Source: Octopus vulgaris (taxonomy: Eukaryota). From it: 64,000 nt of DNA. Made by a program: the position numbers and the translations under genes. Positions 26,946 through 41,724 of this stretch are shown here, in pieces. Positions within the stretch are counted from its first letter, which is position 1. Each line of letters opens with the position of its first letter. The stretch lies in NCBI GenBank assembly GCA_951406725.2, contig OX597831.1:45322001-45386000 (forward strand). Direction: 5' to 3'. The notes under the pieces are model-generated. The model was not told where the DNA came from. It saw only the letters and a list, made by a program, of their open reading frames with translations, and searched no databases.

Positions 26946-28047
26946 AAGAAATTGGCCGTGCGTGTGTGTGTGTGTGTCAACATGCATGTGTGCAATGTTA
27001 CAAACAATAGCTGATCCTGTTATTAAATTTTTTTTTTTATAAGTAAAGCCTGCAGAGCAGTTTGAATTGGCTTCTTGCATTGAGTTCATGCCTCACTGAA
27101 GTCAAATACTGGTACTTTACTAAAAAATGAAAAGCAAAGTTGACATCAGTACTGAATTCATTAAACTATACACTCTGCCGAAATATGTAGATCTGCGTCT
27201 CTGCTAGAAACCTTTAGATTTGGGTTTTAAGCTGTTAAAATCTAAAGGCTCCAAGAGTAAGATAAGGAGGGCATGGAAGAAGAGAAAAAGCAATGAAATT
27301 CTATCACAGGAAGCTGAACCTGATAAAGGTGATGACAAAAGAATGAAATAGGTGGTAGTGAGATTCTATGCTGCGGAAGATCCAACCAGCTATACAGGCA
27401 TGGGAAAAGAGACTTAATAGACATTCTTTTAACCCTTCACTAGTTTTATCCATTGGACCGAAACCACACTGGGCATCAACCACCAGGGACTACAGTCAAT
27501 TATAGTGACTTTACTATTTTAGTCACATATTTATTTTACTCCTCTGCTATTCAAATTTTGGCACAAGGCCAGCAGTTCTGAAGGGAGGACGAAAGTCAAT
27601 TACATTGATCTCAGTACTCAACTGGTATCGACACTGAAAAGATAAAAGACAAAGCCACCACGAGAAGCATTTGAATTTAGAATGTAAAGATCCGGAAGAA
27701 ATTCTGCTAACCAATTTTCCTCATATGGTAATGATTTTGCTACCTCGTAACCTTACTAATCCATGATTAATGATATGCAAATATACAATTTTTGATTCGG
27801 CTTCAGTTTTACACCAGCAGATGTCAGCACAGGAACACACACACACAAACAAACATGAAATTACAATTAATTGTCTTCTCCTCGTGGTGTTATAGCCAGT
27901 CATGGCACGGGCCAATATAAACTGAAACCTACATAAGTATCTAAGTAACCAATAAATCGATAAGCACATAAAGAAATAAAATAGTTGTATGAGTAGAGAC
28001 AGAAAAACCCTATAGAAAATAAATATATAATATATAATATATATATG

Positions 28048-28094
<47 letters not shown>

Positions 28095-28229
28095 TTAATA
28101 AGGGTGAGAGAATTAGATACTAATTTAATAGTATATCTATTCTACACCAAGTGGCCTAGTGCTCCGAGAAACCTTTTGGATTAACTGGTGCTAGAGTGAG
28201 CCATATAGTGACCACTCTCTTATATTTAT

Positions 28230-28273
<44 letters not shown>

Positions 28274-28984
28274 GTATGTATATATGTATATATATTGCAT
28301 TTGCTTTTGTGTCTATTTTCTACTTTCTTTACTTTTATTCTTTTCAATGTTCAATGATTATTCAAGGAAAAATAAATAATTAAATTGGAGTGTCCACCCT
28401 TCATTTATAAATTCATTCACACACAAATCCTAAGAGTAATAAACAGATACTTTTAAAGCATTTTTAAGATATGTACACATTAAATAGCTAAAATAAAATG
28501 ATAACGCACAGACAAATATAGACCCACATATATTAATTAGATCAAATGAACATAACAACTGAAATTAATATACATAGTAATATAACACAAGCATAACTGA
28601 TGGGAATGCTTCACTTAAAATTCTAACAGAATAAGAAAAGATTTTATTGAGACCCTGGTTTTAATAATCAACAAATAAAGTTAGATTAAAAGACATTAAT
28701 TAGCTGAAGGGTGAAACTATTAGTAGCAATGGCAATTAAAGAAATACCCAGTTATTAAGATGTACGTATGTGCATGTGTGCAGAAACTGCTGCTAAGAAG
28801 GATATTTTTGTTTGTAAATGAGTTTTAACAGAGGTAGAGTCGTTTATATATATTGATTATTAAATGCATACTTTTGCATGAGAGAGAAAGGAAATAAATG
28901 GCCAAACACATCAAGCTGAAGATGTTTAATGATAGTAGAAAGATTGAGAATCATAACTGTAGAGGATTCTTTGCTAGCCTGAAA

Positions 28985-29444
28985 CATTTGTAGTTGTTAT
29001 TTAGCTCCATGAGACCTGATTGAGAAGACCTATGATTAAAGCCTTCCAACAATAAACATCTGTCAAATTGTATAGCAGGGACTAACATTCTGATGCACGC
29101 TTCCTTTTTTTTTTGAAGACAAGTAGGGTGTGATTTGAGCTTAGCTGCTATTTCTAGTAGGTGCAATTGACTATAAAGTGGCTCCATTAGTTAGTTGTTT
29201 AGCCCCAGGTTAGCATCATTTTAGACTGAACTTATGATGAAAAGCATTCCAGCAGTGACCACCCCGTCCCATTCCCAAGCACAGAGCATGTACTGAGAAC
29301 CACATTATTCCAATATGTCTTTTCCAGACGGTAGGATGTAATTTGAGAGTTACATGACTGCTATTTGCAACTTGTCAAATGGCCATGTTAAGGGGCCTCC
29401 TCATTGGCCCATGTCGTTGAGTAAAAAGAACCAATCACAAAAAG

Positions 29445-29493
<49 letters not shown>

Positions 29494-30310
29494 TTTTTAA
29501 ACATAAGCAACATCCAAAACATTAGAGTTGCTTCCTTTTGTTCTTGCATGTGTGTTTGTGCATGTAGTCAGTTTGTACACATGTAACCAAGAGCATATAT
29601 ATATATATATATATATGTATATGTATGTATATATATATAATACTTACTGATATATACATGCGCACATACCTAAGTCAGCTCTGACTGAGAAGACCATTGA
29701 TGAAAGTTATCCAGCCAACCCATCTATTTCAAAATATCAGAATTCACATTCTCTAGTGAATCTCTCTTTTTTATTAAGCTTTAGTTGCTATTTCTTGCAA
29801 GTGGATCAACTACATAGAGACTTTATTGCTGTTTAGTCCCAGGCTCTGAATGAGCATATGTATGATAAAAGGCATTGCACCACTGACCAGAAGAGATTTG
29901 GCTGCCATTTGTAATATTTCAAGCAACCATGGAGATACCTCACTGGTCTGTGGCTGTTTCAGTTGTTGTGTACTTCCTGATCATACCTGATCAAACATAT
30001 TCACTATGAAATGCATTCCAGTTATGACCATCCCACTCCTTTCCCAGACACAGAGCACACTCCACTGAGAATTATATGAGTCCAATCTCCCCTTTTCAAG
30101 ACAGTAGAATGTAATTTGAGAACAACATAGCTGCTATTTGTAGCATTATTGAAGGGCCATGTATATTGGCTCATGTCATTGAGTAAAATGAATGAACAAA
30201 CCAACCGTAAAAAGAGAATATGTTCATATATATGTGTGTGTATAAGTATGTTTGCTTTAGTACAAACGCAGTTTCCGAAACGGTTACTGCTTGCACTTGG
30301 ATTCATTACT
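28985..30310 (+). repeat. Cluster of ~5 copies of an unclassified ~200-bp repeat with local duplication
   Basis: Recurrent ttgtttagccc..agg...ctatgat.aaaggcattccag...gctgctatttctag; other copies at ~40815-40990, 45680-45860 (-) and 59070-59280. Confidence 0.7.
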
Positions 30311-32168
30311 CAACCTGCATGTGTGAATAAGCTTACTTTCATGCTTACATGACAGTGTGTGTATATGTGTATTCTTCGTCTACATCTGGTTGTGTGGTTA
30401 GATTTGTATGTATGTGACTGTAAGCACATGCAAGTATAGTATGTGTTCATGTACTAGCTGGAGGAACATGAATGTATACTTAGGCTTATGTGAACATGTA
30501 TATTGTGTGTATATGTATATGTACTTGTCTGTGCACATACCTGTCTAACGACAAATCAATTCACAGTAATAGATTGAGCTGATCATGGATTTCTAATTAG
30601 TGTTAGTCACAAAAAGTGTATTGTAATAGTACATGCATACATACTACAATAAATGGATCCTCGAATGGTTTCAAGTATTTCAGTTGTTCAACTGAATTAT
30701 GGAGATAATGTCTGAGTATTTTCCTTTTAAAACCATAACCTAATTCTCAGGCAGAATCAGCAAGATAGAGTATGTGACAAGGCTGGCCTTTTAAACTAAA
30801 TGCCCATTTAACAAACTTCCACAGTTTCTACCCACCAAATGATTATAAAAATGAACTTTTTAAGCACTAGACCATGCCTACAAATACACGCGCATGTGTG
30901 TGTGTTTATTGACAAATTGGGTTCAGTTCCATTGCATGACATCAAGGGCAAGTGTTCTACTTGAGCTTTGGGTTCACCAATGACTTGTAAAGCAAGTCTG
31001 GAAGGCAGAAACTGTGCAGAAGCCAGTTGCTCATGCAGGGACTTACATGCATGCATAAATAAGGAACAGCTTTTCTTTCAAATATGCTATATATATATAT
31101 ATATATCATTAAGATCACCTTAATGCCTACTTTTCCAAAATTGCATGACACAGATGTACACTTTGCTGATGCAGATATTCTATGGCTGAATGCTCTTCCG
31201 TCAACTCTCACCTGTGTTCTAGGTAATATAACCCCCATGGCCAGACACGTTTCCATGGAAGAGTGGAAATGAACAATACCGTTTGTACGATGATGGTGCT
31301 CATTTACAACTACCAAGCAAATGTTCAAGACAAGGAGGCACAAATAATCCTCACTCCGCTCATGCAAACACACACACAGAGCAGGCTTCTTAAACCTTCT
31401 GCCAACCAAATCATCTTGTAAAGGCTTTTGTAGGCCAAAGGCTGTAGTAGAAAACATTTACTCAAAATGCCATGCAGCAGGACTGAACTGGACACTACAG
31501 AGCCACGCCTGTGCCTTCAGTGTACGAACTAACACACCAAGTTAAAAAATTATAATCAATCATCAAATGATATAAGCAAGACTGGTGATCTTCTATGATG
31601 GCATACTAACTCATGATTTTGTGTGCTTTCATGGAAAGTCACTGATTTTGTGGCTGAGACCTTAATGGTTGACTGAAACAAGTAAAAGTATTCCCTCTCT
31701 TTTTTAGGAAGCACAAGCACTTACACACATGTACACACATGACAGTAACTATTATGGCAGAAGACATTTGCCCAAGGTGCCATGCAATGGGACTGAACCT
31801 GAAATCATGTGGTTGGGAAGCAAGCTTCCTAACCATACAACTATTTGCATATTCTTTTACAGTGTCTTTGAACTGCTATGAATTGAGCACTACCTTCATA
31901 ATATAGACCTTCAATATGGGTACTTAATTTACTGACCACGTGGGAGTCAAAATGCAAAGATGATCTTAGTGCGAAAGAAAATCAACTCAGGTGGCACTAT
32001 ACACCACAGGGGACTTTTGTTCAGTCATGTTCCATTAATATACAGTGTTCAGCTTAAAGATTTTCTCACATAAGGTTTTGTGGAAACACCTAGAATCATG
32101 TGACTGAGGCATACTCTTGAACTACTTGACCTCTTTTAATGTTAGCTTGCGTTCCAGGGATTAGCCCA

Positions 32169-32395
32169 TTAACTCTTTAACATTCAGACTTATTCTGTCA
32201 AATGTAATGCTTATTTATTCACATTGTTTTAAATTAATCATGGATTATCTTGTAGCTTTGAGATTTTCATAATGTGATTGCTTATTTATAGAAGGACATT
32301 ATAGAGTAGGCATGAGAGGCCAGATATGGCTGGTTTGAACATAAAGCGTAGAATATTTTGACCAGATATGGTTGGCTTGAATACTAAAGGGTTAA
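32169..32395 (+). mobile_element. piggyBac-like MITE family A
   Basis: TTAActctttaacatt ... atactaaagggTTAA. Confidence 0.8.
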
Positions 32396-35059
32396 ACAGC
32401 CTGGCCCACTGCCCAACTGTTTGCTAGCACATACACATAAACACAATTTTTTTTTTGCCATGCTAGGATATTATCAGCTGGATGCCCTTTCTGTCACTAA
32501 CCCTTACTGTTTTACTAGTAAGAGATCTCTTATTTCACATGATTTTGAAGGTGAAAATCCAGGAGACGATTCATTAGCTCTTTTGTTACCATATTTTTAT
32601 TGAATTACACCCTCTTTATTTCAATTAATTTTGAAAATAATAAAGAATTTACTAAAATATCTTCATCATTTACTAAGTTACTAATTGGAACATAAATTAA
32701 CATGAAATTTTAATGGGAGATTTTAATTTAGATCACTTTATATAGAAAGTTTGTATCAAAGAACTAGGGACAGTCTTGAGCAGGTTGGTATCAAAAGGAT
32801 TAACAGGTAAAAAATTATAGCAACATCACCACTTATAGTTCATGATTTTCAAAGAATAACAAATGTAAACATGGACAACACACACACACACACACACAAA
32901 TACAAAAACTTCTTTCAGTTTCCATCTACCAAATCCATTCCTAAGGCTTGGTTGGTTTGGGGGCTGCCATAAAAAACATTTATCCAAGATACTGAGCATG
33001 AAATCAGCTATTTATAGGAAGAAAAATTTTTTAATCTTGCATTTATTTCACATGTAACAGAAAGCATCTTTTAAAAAAACAAATTATGTATACCATATAT
33101 GTTCAGCACAAAATCAATACAATGAAAATAATAAAACAGACTGATTCTAAGAAAAAATAGTGTTTTGTATGACTAGAGTTACATTTAACTACCACGACGG
33201 CAATTAAACAAATAAAACATCAAACTAAGGAAAAGATTAAAGTGTTAAGAGTGACACAAATTCATATCCAATAAATGCCTCCAGCATTAACAAATTATGC
33301 TGCTAAGTCCCACAAATTACCGAGTCTCAAATTTCTTATTATGTTTACTACAAGTCATTATTTTGATTTATTTCCTTTGAATCCTGGTGCAGACACTTTA
33401 CCCTAATTCACAGCCTTTTATGCTATGTTCACACTATTTAAATTCATAAATATACAACTAAACTCATTAAAAACATCTTGCCTAAATCTCTTGAGGAATG
33501 TATTTACTAATAAGTCTATCGAGGGTAAATGTCATGGTTTGCCTAAATGCATCTAATACGCAGATGATATACAGTATACAGGCAATATGAGAAAGGAACA
33601 AAAAAAGTAATTATATTTTTTATGGTCTGACGTATTTAAAATCTATTTGTGGGTGAAATCATGAATGTTTAGTTACTATTCTATATTACTATCATGAAAT
33701 CATGGGCCTTAAATGTAAACTTCACAAATGTTTTGTTAAATTTCACTATAAACCCACTTGACCTGATGAAGTGTGTCATCTTTCTTCATCTTAATTTAGA
33801 ACAAGCGAAATTGTTCATGGTGGCAGATATTAAATTAGCCAGAAAACTGAAATTAGATGATAAAAGTAATGACAACAATGATTTCTGTCATTCTATTGCC
33901 CTTTTTTTATACTTGCGTGAGGTGGATACATGAAATAATCAATGGTATTAACATATAGAAATTTAAATTGCTAAACCTATAACATGAGAAATAGAAAACC
34001 TATAATGTTAATCATCCTTAAAAGCAGACTACACAATGTAGTCTAAATTTACTTAACTAGTCATCTGTCAATAAAGTTAAGGATTAGAAGAACAATATAT
34101 GGCTGATTTTGTTAAGTGATGAAATAATTTGTCCAACCAACCAGTCTGATATTTTATATGCCGAAAGATAGCAACATTCAATTTTCGTGCTAAGAGCCTC
34201 ACAATAGTTCCCTAATATTAACTATCATAACAAGCAGTCAAGCAGATAACAAATGAAAATAATATTCCTCTGAGATTTCTTACTCAGCCTTATTTTCCTC
34301 CAAACCACCCATCTGCTCCAATTAAAATTTATTTAATGCTGTAGGCGGGTATAATGAACACAGCAAAAAAAAAAAAAAAAAGAAAAGAGAAGAAAAAAAA
34401 CACACTAAGAAACCCAGGTATAAAGTAACAGGATTTTAATTTGCTGGGGCAACTGGAGATAGAGGAAGAAAGATTAAATAGTGTTAAGATATAAGTTATC
34501 TTAATAACATGGATGAAGAAGGGAAGGTGATGATCACGTGGCGTCCTGAAAGCAACAGTAGCAGAACAGTAATTCAGAACAATGATGATGAATATTACAG
34601 ACCTTCTGGTAGAAAGTATGTTCAGGATGAGAGACTACAGTTAATGCAATGATGGAAAATAAGGCACATTCTTGTATGTACATACAAGAATATACACAGT
34701 AACAAGTTTCTCGTATTAGTAAGTTCATCTTGACTGTGTTCTAAGAAACAATTGAATTATTTCAATGAATTTTAAGACCTAATGAAATTTCTGATGTCAA
34801 TTGTTCAGTAGAATATATGACCATCTCTACTGGTCTTAACCATTAATCTAGAATTAATCAGGCTGGAATTTGATTTAATATCAGAATTGGTTAACTGGTC
34901 ACACATCAAAGAACTATTGTAGTCTTGATATATGTCTGATGAAGGTTTGCTTACTTTCAAACTACATAATATCACAAACCCTTATACATATATCTGGGTT
35001 ATGTTTGATGTTTAGAGAGAAATGAACAAAATCAAGAGACAACAAAATAATTTACTTAC

Positions 35060-35205
35060 CATGTCATGGGTATGATGCATGCCACTGTAAGTTGATGGCT
35101 GACTATAATGATGGGAACTACTATTGTGTAGAACTGATGAAGTGTATGAGGATGTAGGAAGGCCATTATTTTGAGACCATGGGTCGCTAGAACTATGTGG
35201 ATTAT
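35060..35205 (-). CDS. TCF12: E-protein exon (D)NPHSSSDPWSQNNGLPTSSY...SGMHHTHDM
   Basis: Acceptor tcttgacag|AT, donor ATG|gtaagt; 146 nt, phase 1 to 0; similar to TCF4 DGHHSSDPWS. Confidence 0.95.
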
Positions 35206-36091
35206 CTGTCAAGAGAAAGAAACATTAAATAGTTTAAATTCAATTCTAAAGCATTAAATATTGTCCAAGCTGGTATACAAGACGCATTTAAAAAAATTCT
35301 TAAATGTAACAAAAGGTTTGACTGTATCGTGGATAGGATACCAAGAGAATGATGAAACATTACATTTTTTCTTTAAAAACATAAAAAAAGGAAGGGTTTA
35401 TTTTATGCAAGAGTGTGTCTTACAGACTGGCAAATATAGTATTTTAAATTCAATGAACAGCACTAATTCAAAAGTTTAATTAGAAAATGGGTAATTGTTG
35501 GGATTTAGTCTAAGCTGAAATTTTAAAAATAATAAATTGAAAAATGAGTTACAAAGACCAGCTAAATACCAATTAGGGACAATATTTTCATAATTTTGTT
35601 GATACCAAAGAGCACAAAAATACTGAATATTTAGACCAAAAGTTTAAAATTTATGCTGTATAAGTAAAACCATATCGAATAAGAAATCTCTTTAATGTTG
35701 TACACATGTATGTATGTTTATATAAACACACACTTATTCTTTTTTTTTTTTATTCCAGTGTAGGAGCCTGTACTTGGTTGTTCAACTGCTGATGTATTTT
35801 TCAAGCTTCTTACTGCCTTTAAAATGGAAACCATATTTTATGACAGCGTTAAAAAAAAAGATGGTCATGGAACACCAATTAAATTATGAATTTGGACTGA
35901 GTTAACAAACCAGATATACAAGATAGAGTTTATGATGCTTTTAATGTAAAGGGCCGGTGGATTACTCTTAAGCATATATCTACAAGCCCAGTACATTAGT
36001 GTTTAATGTAATGAACCAGAGAATCTACTGCTATACTGTCAAGTATGCAAATATTTTATGTTGTTAAATATATACCCCAGCATATATGATT

Positions 36092-36127
<36 letters not shown>

Positions 36128-37223
36128 CAAGCATTACTTATTTAAATATACTGGTTTATTTGCTTTGAAATAAATAAATAAAATTAGTGAGAATTTACAT
36201 TTCATTTAATTCTACCGGTAATAAATTCAACTTCACTAGACTTGATGTGGCTCTGTTGTTAAGTAGCAAATTATATACTAACAGGATCAACAATATTACA
36301 GAAACTATCAGAAGTTATATAATTAAATCTAATTAAACATTAACAAATGGTACATATATTATTTTGCAATGGGTAATCATTTCTAATCTCAAGAAACTTA
36401 TTTAAATTAAGATCAAAGTTAAACAAAACAATAGATTGGTTTAATAATATATCATTTTTTTATATCGTATATTTAATACTTTAGCATCTCATTCAGAGCA
36501 GAATTTACACCTAGAATAGAATATCACAGCCACCACAATAACTACTGTTGGCAGAAATGGAAGGGTCAAGAATGAAAATATTTATAACAGACAGAAAAAA
36601 TATGCAGCAGTCAACAACATGAAAACCAAGAATGTTATGTATATCTTTCAGTATATATATTGCACACATGCTTATATGAGTTTTGGGTGTATGAACACAC
36701 ACACACACAGTTGTTGAAACACACAGAGAATCTTAATCTTTTACTGGCTATAACCTACCAGCTGAAGTCAACATAGGATTATACATAGAATAAAATGTAT
36801 CCATATATATTGAATTTTATTCCCATATAATTGTATTGTACGCATTCTTATTTATGTCTTTCAAACATGGTGCGTGTGTGTGTGTGTGTGTGCTGAAGGC
36901 TAGATTCAACAAACAGTAATGGGATTAGAATTATTATGATGCTTGTAGCTATTTAAAAAAAAAAAGCTTTCTAAACCTAACTTTAGATCAGTAAGTATTC
37001 TATCTGGTTGTGTTACACTAAGAAAATGAAACAATGAGAATGGAAGTAGAATCAAATTGATTGACATATCAATTATCAGAATAAAAATATTTTACAAAGC
37101 AGTAAAATTTTAAGATATGTATGAGAATTAAAAATACTTGAATTTATACACCAAGAAAACAGCTCCTAAATTTCACATGGATCAATTTAGCTGTACCATT
37201 CATTTACGGAATGCTTTTTGCTT

Positions 37224-37450
37224 TTAACCCTTTAGCATTCAGATTTTTCTGTCAAACGTAAAGCTTATTTATTCACATTATTTTGAATTAATTATGCATT
37301 ATCTCGTAGCTTTGAGAGTTCAATAATATGATTGTTGCATTTTTAGAATAACATTGTAGGGAACACATGAGAGATCTGATCTGGCTGGTTTGGACATAAA
37401 AGATAAAATATTTGGGCCAAATATGGCTGGTTTAAACACTAAAGGGTTAA
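37224..37450 (+). mobile_element. piggyBac-like MITE family A
   Basis: TTAA-CCCTTTAG ... CTAAAGGG-TTAA terminal inverted repeats with TTAA target duplication. Confidence 0.85.
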
Positions 37451-38671
37451 AGATTTGTAAATACATCTGGTACCTATCAGAGCAATACCTGTCTTGTTTC
37501 ATTTAAAATCAAGTATAAAATAGTGCAACATATGCACAAATAAATATGGTAATTTCAGATTAATTTGCTAATTAGAAACTAAGTAAATCATCCTGAAAAA
37601 GAATCTTTCCTTAAAACAAAAACCGCAGTCATAGTTTTAAACATTTCATGGAATTTCAAGTATTATATACACATATATATTTACGCACGCACGCACGCAC
37701 ACACACACACAGAAAAACCAGCATGAAAAACTATTTACAATGATTAACATTTTATACTGTTAAATATTCACATCAGCTAATGTGTTTAAATATATGCACA
37801 AAACTTTATATTGCTAAATACAACTATTCTTTTACTTCTGATCTTTGAGAAAAATAATAGGACAAAATAATGAAAATTTGCATTAAATTTAACTCTACCT
37901 TTAATAAGTTTAATAATGTGGTTCTATTGTGAAGTAGCAAATTATAAACTGATAAGATTAAGAACTTCACTGAAACTATCTGAAGCTCTAATACATTAAC
38001 TGAACTTCAGTTAACCATTTCTAATCTTAAACAACTTTATTCCAATTTAGACTTGTGCAAAAAATATATTTTAAAAAATCAACTAAATGCCCCAGTAAAA
38101 TACTGAATTTAAAGCAAAAATACATGTGCACACTTGATGGGATATCTGGCAAGTTTATTTTTTTTTAAAATAAGAGGGACAAACTTTCTGTAAATGATAA
38201 TGTACAAAATATTGTGGAAATAGCATCACTCACTGATATTTTATGCTGTAAAAACAGCAGTATAATAATGAAAAAAATATAGATTTAATCTTTTTGCTAC
38301 TGTATTTCAAAATCATTTTTAAAATAAACAAGTATTAAGTAAAACTATTTTGTCATTATTAAACTGCTGTTTAGAATATAACTCAGCATGGAATTCTGAT
38401 GAAAGGTTTTTAATTTAGGTTACTCTAAAACTGGAAGCTTGTACTGTAGAAATAAGGGTCGTCTCAGGCAGGTTGGTAGCAAAAGGATGAAATGTTTCAG
38501 AGTTTATGAAGAAGTAAAAATAATCTCCTTTGTAAACACATTTCAAATGGCAGTAAAGTAGATTAGCTCTTCCTAATATGAGTTATTCTGGTAGACTTCA
38601 AAGAAGAATAAAATGAGTCTTGTATATAGGGTTTAAGTAAACTATGCCTAAATATGTTCATATAATTCATC

Positions 38672-38885
38672 TTAACCCTTTTGTTACTGTATTTATTTTC
38701 AGATGCTCAGTGTTTTTTTCAATTACTTTAAATATAACAAAGAATTTAGAAAAATAACTTAGTTACCATTAAGCTAGTGTTAGGAACATAAATTGTGACT
38801 AAGGTTTGGTGGAAGATTTTAATTCAAAACTTATGAAAACAAGACATTTATACTCAGAGCCAGAGCCGGTTTTAGCCGGGTTGAA
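38672..38885 (+). mobile_element. piggyBac-like MITE family B
   Basis: TTAACCCTTTTGTTAC start; high similarity to the 10557 copy. Related older copies at ~32575-32803 and ~38330-38490. Confidence 0.75.
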
Positions 38886-38975
38886 GGTCCAAATGGGAGG
38901 TAGGAAAGGAAGCAAGCTATTAACCACAAAATTTTGATTTGTAAAATAACGGAGAAAGAAATATTAAGTACTCAC

Positions 38976-39063
38976 CGTACATATAGGACTCATAGATACT
39001 TGGTTTTGGAGACGGATACTGCGGTGAATCTTGACGGTACTCATCTGGGCTAGGTGAGTAAAC
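38976..39063 (-). CDS. TCF12: E-protein exon VYSPSPDEYRQDSPQYPSPKPSIYESYMY(D)
   Basis: Acceptor cttttgaag|GTT, donor G|gtgagt; 88 nt, phase 0 to 1; similar to TCF4 VYAPS...DYNRDSPGYPSSKP. Confidence 0.95.
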
Positions 39064-39889
39064 CTTCAAAAGAAAAAGAAAATTTTTTTTGAGAATTGTA
39101 ATTTCATGATTACCAGTAGTGTCTGTGGAAATTTCATGTAATATTGAAAACTAAAACAATGTCAACAGTTTATAGAGATCCACAAAATACATTATTTTCA
39201 TTTCATTTTTTTTAAAAAATGCATTTGTGTTTGGCTTTTGAAATGGTGCAAAATCCGCATGGGTGGTACTTAAGTTGCAATCTCAGGAGAGAACATCTTT
39301 GGAAACTATATTCTTTGTTATACACTTATTGTTTTTTTCTACCTTGTTACTAATTATTTTTATGTTTATGTCAAAAAGAAAAGAATCTTAACCATGGAAT
39401 GAAACCAAAGCTGCATTGCTACAGTATGACTATGCTAGTAAATCTTTAATCTGCATGATTTACTACATCATTTAGTTTCATATCAGATGAAAGTTCAAAT
39501 ATTTGGGTTTGAAGCCACAGTCCCAGTCTACAAAGTGCAGTAGTGCTCCCACTGAACTACAGATTCTAGATAGAAAAACAAAAAAGTAATACACACATAA
39601 TCACATTCACATACATTGATAAAAATATACAGAACTGGAAAAAGACTAAAAACATTATAAACAGAAACACACACACATATTTGTACAATTGATGTAAATA
39701 TAGCCTTGCAAGTATATTTCTACTAAATTATACGTGAAATCTGGAGAGAATATCCTTTCTGAGAATGCTTGCATATAACCAACCATGTGATATATGTATA
39801 CAGACTCAACAGTAATTAGAGTATGAGAAAGGATAATTTTTTTTTTTTAGATGTTTATAAACTGTTAGGTCTCTATACATATACAACAT

Positions 39890-40000
39890 CCTGAGTAACA
39901 CACACACCCTAGTGTGAGAGGCTAGATATGACCAGTTTGAGCATTAAACAGGTAGAATATCCTGGCCGGATATGGCCAGTTTAAATGCCAAAGGGTTAAA
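39890..40000 (+). mobile_element. piggyBac-like MITE family A, right half
   Basis: gtgtgagaggctagatatg...aatgccaaagggTTAA. Confidence 0.65.
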
Positions 40001-41724
40001 TGTTTTTATTAAATACAACAATCTGATTATTACTATAGAAGGTGGGTTGTAGAAGGTATAGGAGCTTAAGGAATTAATCAGCTTCAAGAAATTTCTAGAC
40101 AACACCATTACAGAATCATTGAACCATCACTCCCTTAATAAGATGTTGGGGACATAGCTTTAAGCATCTTGCCTAAGAAAGCAATATTATGTCTGCTATG
40201 AAAGCACGCAACATCCTGGGAACCCAGAGGCCTGAAGCATCATCATCATAATCATGACCACATTACACCTATAATACCACCACTGCTGTCTTATCAGAAG
40301 ACAAAAAAAGGTTTTTGTAAAAAACGAACAACACTAGTAGAATTTGGAAATGAAATTTTAAAAGGAAAACTTGGAAACTGATTACAGTTTTTCTTCCAAG
40401 AGTTATAAGTAACTTTTAGAGAAAAAAAGCAGTACATCCAAGAATAATAGTAATAATAATACTCATAGATTTCTCTTGACTAGACACAACAGTATATTGC
40501 CTTATTGATCTTAAGGGATAATGAAAGACAGTTTACCCTAATGGGATTTGAAACTTGTAAGAAAAGGAGAAAACTAAACACTACAAAGCATTTTAGCCTT
40601 ACATCCTATGACCTCAACCATTACCAAATACTGTGATGATGATGATGAGGAGGAGGTAGAGATGATGCTCATGCCTTTCACAATAACAATAGCATAGTAA
40701 ATGAAGCTACTCCAACAAGGAATTGAAACAAAGCCACCAGAAACTATTGCTACATTATGAGCCCACCATCACCACCACTACCATTATGAGCAACTATAAC
40801 AAAACAATAAGCCAACAAGATCCTCCATGTGGTCATTCAAACCTACTAGAAATAGCAGTTACATTTCCTTCAAATCACATCCTAAAGAAAACAAAATAGA
40901 AGACATAAGATGATACACTTTGATCTTCCATCAAAAATAAAACTGGATAGTCATAGCTGGAAAGTCATTTGGCTGAACTGACCTGGCATAAAACAAGAGC
41001 ACAGCAATTACCACTAACGCAATATATACACAATGAAGTAGAAATAAAATACACATTGATATCTTGTGAATTATATAAACAAAACAAAAATAAGATTATA
41101 CAAAAGACACTAGAACAAAAACAAACAAAGAAATCACTTAAAACTGGTCCCTGATTTTAAAATGATAATAATGCCAATAAATTTGCACTGAGTCATATTT
41201 GTAAAATTGACCAAATTGTTTTAAAAGTTACTTTTTGTTTTCATGAAAATAAAGACATCTGCTTTTAAAAGCAACTCAAGGTAAAAATTTTGTTTCAAGA
41301 AAGTTATTGAAACAAACTTGGCAAGATATTAATAAATTTGAAGTAAAAGAAAAAAACATAAGGAACAAATATGAGCTGTCTTTTTTTTTTTGCATTGTTT
41401 TCTGGGTTTTTTTTTCTTTTTGCACTGTACTGAAATTAAATTAAGCAGTTTCTTTAAATGAGCATTAAACTTTTTTTTAAAAACTACTCACAAAGATCTA
41501 ACTTGATAAAAATTGAGATAAAATTATTTAAGGATAAAAAGAAAGTAACTTAAATAAATATCGTTTGTCATTGTTTATAAATTTATTTCATTTTTCTCTC
41601 TTGCTTGGGTTCCTAGCAACCATTAGTTCTCAGAATGAAACTATGTTGTGGATTTAAATATATTAGGAGTAGGGAGAGAAAGGGAAAAAATATATATATA
41701 CCACCACCACCAGTAGTAGTAGTA

